This document shows, one piece after another, positions 60,639-64,000 of a stretch of DNA of 64,000 bases. Source of the DNA: a virus; the IMG/VR virus record IMGVR_UViG_3300017963_000225, positions 27,635 through 91,634 of that record; one strand, written 5' to 3'. A program made the translations under genes and the position numbers. The notes under the pieces are model-generated. The model saw only the letters and a program-made list of their open reading frames with translations, was not told the DNA's origin and made no database searches. Position 1 is the first letter of the stretch. Every line of letters begins with the position of its first letter.

Positions 60639-61781
60639 TTATGTGGCGTCGTCCGACGTGCCTTCTTCTTGAGCACGCACCTCGGCTTCGATCGTTTCGG
60701 CTTGGGTAAGTTGATCGGACTGTACGAGCTGGCGCAGTGACTCCATCTTGGCCAGCTCGCCTTCGAGCTGCTCAGGGGTCATCGAGCCGAGCTTGGAGGC
60801 ATAGCGCTTGAGCGTGACCGACATGCTGTCTGTTTCGCCCTGGCCGGCCTTCTGGGCTCCCTGCATCTGCTGGATGAGGATATTGACGTTGCCCGAGCCA
60901 TCGACCATCCGACGCATGACCTCGGCGGCCATGGCAATGTCGCTTATGGTGGGCACCTTGAGCAGCTCGGTCGTGCCGTCGCCCGACTTGACGCGGCCTG
61001 TCTGGTTGTATTGCATGAGCTGGACGTTGGCCACCTTGAGCTGCTGGTACATCATCTTGTGCAGCTCGAAGTTGCGAACGGCTGCCGCCAGGCGCATTTC
61101 GTCCGGTATTACGTCAAAGGTGGCATAGACATGATTGAGCCGCTGGCCTCGCCAATCGTCGCGCTGCGACACGCGGCGAATCGACTGTTCGGTGATCGAC
61201 TTGAACATGAGCGGGCGTCCCAATTTGTCGATGATCCCGAACTCGATCATCAGCGCCCTGAGGTTTGGCATCTCGCCAACTGGCGCGAGGATGTAGGCGT
61301 CGCGCACCTTCTCAATTAGCGCTTCTTCCTCGGTGACTGGCACGGCAATATGCACCTTGCGCTCCTCATGCACCTGAGCAAACTGCTTGGCTACCGGATG
61401 ACTCAGCCGAGCGGTTGACTTGACGACCTTCTCTTTATCAATCGTGAACCTCTGTTCTGTTTTCTCTTTTTTGTTCTTGATAAGAATCGTGAAGCCTTCA
61501 GGCGACTGGCAGTTGAGAACGCGGCTTTTCCATTCTTTCCGCACCTCGATCGGCGCATTTGGAAACATCGCAAGGCATTCCTGCGCGATCAGTCCTTCGT
61601 CGTAGCGCTCGTAAATCCATGAGCTTGTTTTGCGAAGCGACCGCGCCAGCTCCTCTGCGGTAAACGCGCGATTGTGTAGGCTCGGATTGTCCTTTATCGC
61701 GTTTCGCAGAATGATGAGGTCTTGTTGTTTGATGGGCCGGCGTGATTTACTTGCTTTGTTTTTTTCACGATTGGAGGTCAT
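60639..61781 (-). CDS. DNA-binding protein, possibly terminase-small-subunit-like
   Basis: Two HTH-like segments ('FTAEELARSLRKTSSWIY', 'SIRRVSQRDDWRGQR'); C-term 'MTPEQLEGEL'. Confidence 0.45.
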   Translation of the reverse strand: MTSNREKNKASKSRRPIKQQDLIILRNAIKDNPSLHNRAFTAEELARSLRKTSSWIYERYDEGLIAQECLAMFPNAPIEVRKEWKSRVLNCQSPEGFTILIKNKKEKTEQRFTIDKEKVVKSTARLSHPVAKQFAQVHEERKVHIAVPVTEEEALIEKVRDAYILAPVGEMPNLRALMIEFGIIDKLGRPLMFKSITEQSIRRVSQRDDWRGQRLNHVYATFDVIPDEMRLAAAVRNFELHKMMYQQLKVANVQLMQYNQTGRVKSGDGTTELLKVPTISDIAMAAEVMRRMVDGSGNVNILIQQMQGAQKAGQGETDSMSVTLKRYASKLGSMTPEQLEGELAKMESLRQLVQSDQLTQAETIEAEVRAQEEGTSDDAT

Positions 61782-61784
61782 GCC

Positions 61785-62222
61785 GTGGATTCTGCCTTTC
61801 TAACGTCCGCTGTCTCATTCAGTATCGGATTGGTCGCACTTCTAAACATCGTCATCCTTGCCAGGGAAATTGGCAACCTTCGACAAAAGGTCGCCAACTC
61901 AGACGAACGGCAAGCATCGATGCGGGCTCAACTCGACACGACCCGAGCCGCAATCACCGCAACGCGAAGGGTAATCGAAATTTTGGCCGACAGGTATAGG
62001 GATCTCCACAACGATGTCGGCGACATGGCCGACGAGCTTGCCAAGCTTGCAGGCATGATGCAGCCACAAAACGAGGCATACCAGCTTCCAGAAAATATTG
62101 TTGTTGATGAGGAGGCTTTTATGCGTAAGGAGCGCGGCGTGATAAAATCACAGCTAGACGACGCCGACGACGATGACTTCAGCGATGAAGCAACCAGAGA
62201 GGTTTTCGCTCAGGAGCATTGA
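61785..62222 (+). CDS. Membrane-anchored coiled-coil protein
   Basis: N-terminal hydrophobic helix, coiled coil, acidic tail; GGAGG SD. Confidence 0.65.
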   Translation: MDSAFLTSAVSFSIGLVALLNIVILAREIGNLRQKVANSDERQASMRAQLDTTRAAITATRRVIEILADRYRDLHNDVGDMADELAKLAGMMQPQNEAYQLPENIVVDEEAFMRKERGVIKSQLDDADDDDFSDEATREVFAQEH

Positions 62223-62732
62223 ATGTCTTTTGCATCGGATCGCAAGCTGCTTTCGTGTCCCACCTGCGCGGACAAAAAATGGCACCGGAAGCTGGAGCGG
62301 CTTGTTTATCGATGCACCGCCTGCGGCAACGCGCTGGACTTAGCCACGGTCAAACGTGACGAAAAACGACAGCGCGACACCGAGCGGCGATTCAAGCAAG
62401 AGCCGAAGCCACGCAAGAAACGACCCACCCGCAAAATACGCCTTATCGACAAGCCTTTTGTCGCATTCATTCACGACTGGCCTTGCATCGTTCCAGGATG
62501 CGAAAGGCCGTGGCCAGTGCATGCGCATCACTCCATACCGCGAGGAAGAGGTGGCAGCGACCGCACCTGCATTCCGCTATGTCACCGCCACCATGCCGAC
62601 TATCACGACAAAATTGGCAGCATCGAAGCGGCTGAGAAAGAATGGGGGATTGACGTTGAAGCTGCTACAATAGCACTCAATGCGGCCTTTGATGCCGGAC
62701 GGCAAGGGCCATACCACGGGATGGAGCCGTGA
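62223..62732 (+). CDS. Zn-ribbon plus HNH-like (DUF968/Ref-like) nuclease
   Basis: CPTC..CTAC; 'PCIVPGC...HAHH...GGSD...IPLCHRHH'. Confidence 0.75.
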   Translation: MSFASDRKLLSCPTCADKKWHRKLERLVYRCTACGNALDLATVKRDEKRQRDTERRFKQEPKPRKKRPTRKIRLIDKPFVAFIHDWPCIVPGCERPWPVHAHHSIPRGRGGSDRTCIPLCHRHHADYHDKIGSIEAAEKEWGIDVEAATIALNAAFDAGRQGPYHGMEP

Positions 62733-62950
62733 ATCTTGAGGTCTACATCGTCTCGAACATTGTCTGCATCGCCAGCTTCCTGCTTGGTGTTTACCTGCGC
62801 CATTTCGCCATACGCCAAGTAGCGCACCTGCCTGTTTTCTTCCTAGCTATGCTTGTCAGCGCCATACTCCAGTTCTATGCGTTTTTCGGCTTTCTAGTTA
62901 ACTGGCACGCATTTGTAACCGCACCCAATCTCCATGATATAATCAAGTAA
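62729..62950 (+). CDS. Small two-helix membrane protein
   Basis: Two hydrophobic stretches; GTGA overlap. Confidence 0.6.
   Translation: MNLEVYIVSNIVCIASFLLGVYLRHFAIRQVAHLPVFFLAMLVSAILQFYAFFGFLVNWHAFVTAPNLHDIIK
62935..62945 (+). promoter_or_regulatory. Extended -10 promoter (TGaTATAAT) upstream of the PDZ gene
   Basis: TG-A-TATAAT about 30 nt before the start codon. Confidence 0.55.
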
Positions 62951-62972
62951 ATCAAAAATTCTGGAGGCTTCC

Positions 62973-63425
62973 GTGAAAAGGGTCCTACCGATCCTGTGCG
63001 CGGTATTGCTTGCGCTAAAAGCGGTCACGCCGACGCCGGTCGTCGTCCGCTATGATGACGCAATCAAGATGGTGCAATCGAAACCAGCCGTCGTCGATGT
63101 CACCATCACGAAGGAGGCGATCGAGTATGCGATTGACGATGGCTTGCCGTCGATAATGGCGTCGGCGTCGGTCGAGCCTGTCGTGGAGTTCGATCAGCAA
63201 ATTGGCTATCGGCTGCTGACCGTCAATCCGGGCTCGATATGGGAGGCTCTAAATCTGAGGGCTGGCGACATTGTGCTTGAGGTCGAAGGCATACCACTTT
63301 CGAGCGAGGAAAGGACGAAATCGATCGTCTTCTTTGTCATCACGCAACGGACGTTCACCTACACTGTCAGACATAAAACGGGCAGAGTGTTTGAAGAGGT
63401 CTTGTACCAAGTCGTGGTCCAATAA
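62973..63425 (+). CDS. Exported PDZ-domain protein (GspC-PDZ-like)
   Basis: Signal-like N-terminus; 'GYRLLTVNPGSIWEALNLRAGDIVLEVEGIPL'; GGAGG SD. Confidence 0.75.
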   Translation: MKRVLPILCAVLLALKAVTPTPVVVRYDDAIKMVQSKPAVVDVTITKEAIEYAIDDGLPSIMASASVEPVVEFDQQIGYRLLTVNPGSIWEALNLRAGDIVLEVEGIPLSSEERTKSIVFFVITQRTFTYTVRHKTGRVFEEVLYQVVVQ

Positions 63426-63465
63426 AAAAGAAGGCCGCCTGTACCCCCGCATAGGTACAGGCGGC
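63424..63465 (-). terminator. Intrinsic terminator
   Basis: 12-bp stem GCCGCCTGTACC/GGTACAGGCGGC followed on the minus strand by CTTCTTTTTT. Confidence 0.85.
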
Positions 63466-63550
63466 ACAGCACCGCCAATCGCTCCCAATCCCCCCTCACG
63501 ACACCCGAGAGCTTGATTATAAATCAGACATGCTCGAAGGAACAAATCCG

Positions 63551-63655
63551 ATGGAAGAATTGATCGCCATGATCGTTAAAGGCGTCCTAGGTGCGTCGGC
63601 CATACTGACCTTTGTCGCCGCGTTTGTGTTGGGCGCCATCATAAGCTCCGTCTAG
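63551..63655 (+). CDS. 34-aa hydrophobic peptide MEELIAMIVKGVLGASAILTFVAAFVLGAIISSV
   Basis: Below the ORF-track cutoff; AAGGA SD; stop overlaps the stop of the convergent gene (CTAG). Confidence 0.55.
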   Translation: MEELIAMIVKGVLGASAILTFVAAFVLGAIISSV

Positions 63656-63978
63656 TCTTCGGGGAGTAAATCCGATTGCCGACGGTCGAGGGCCTCATCG
63701 CCGGTTTTCTCGCCGAAACCAGTTGAGCGCTCGAAGTGCTCGATGCAAATCATGACCGCCTCCTCCAACGGACAGCCATGCGAGAGGCGAAGCTGGCCAG
63801 TGATGCGACGGAAGGTGCCGACCTGCTCCTCGTCGAGGTAAAGACTGATGGGGTGCTTCAGCGTGCCCTCCGTCTCCAGCTCCTCGTCGTCCAGCTTGTA
63901 TTTGCCGGCGTCGTCAGCGGGCTCCTCTAGGATGAGGTTGGCCCAAGCGTCGAAGTCGGAAAACTCCTCGGACGACAT
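63652..63978 (-). CDS. Acidic hypothetical protein (frame may extend past the window)
   Basis: 108-aa ORF near the window edge. Confidence 0.55.
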   Translation of the reverse strand: MSSEEFSDFDAWANLILEEPADDAGKYKLDDEELETEGTLKHPISLYLDEEQVGTFRRITGQLRLSHGCPLEEAVMICIEHFERSTGFGEKTGDEALDRRQSDLLPED

Positions 63979-64000
63979 GATTTCGGCGGTGAGCGTTTTC

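Overview
The whole 64 kb window is part of a large, GC-rich tailed-phage (myovirus) genome. No host housekeeping genes or prophage boundary are visible. Almost everything is on the minus strand. From right to left it holds: (1) a replication module (lambda-O-like initiator with iteron-like repeats, T7 gp4/Twinkle-type primase-helicase, SSB, tRNA-Asn); (2) an accessory block (RyR-domain protein, HNH, CsrA, pyruvyl transferase plus GT4 glycosyltransferase); (3) a GpA-type large terminase and portal; (4) an ~11 kb block of putative head-cargo genes; (5) prohead protease, scaffold and major capsid protein; (6) neck and fibre genes; (7) an SPO1/Twort-like contractile tail (sheath, tube, chaperones, tape measure, baseplate). 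The most striking signal is an apparent capsid-cargo addressing and processing code. Many non-structural proteins (Ser/Thr-kinase-like, zincin/LPD1-like, UvrD-like and SNF2-like domains, His-rich repeats) start with an M-[RKM]-F-[FL]-[FL]-(R)-K-[AS] tag and are punctuated by hydrophobic-x-K-[AS] sites. The same sites occur about ten times in the scaffold and at the capsid N-terminus. The 1638-aa ORF contains two more copies of the tag, each starting at an in-frame GTG with its own Shine-Dalgarno. Other oddities are a degenerate Arg-like tRNA body with an ACU anticodon inside the tail operon, a structured RNA candidate after ssb, and an unannotated 34-aa membrane peptide behind a palindromic bidirectional promoter. 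All protein calls come from motif recognition and synteny by eye; no database search was run.
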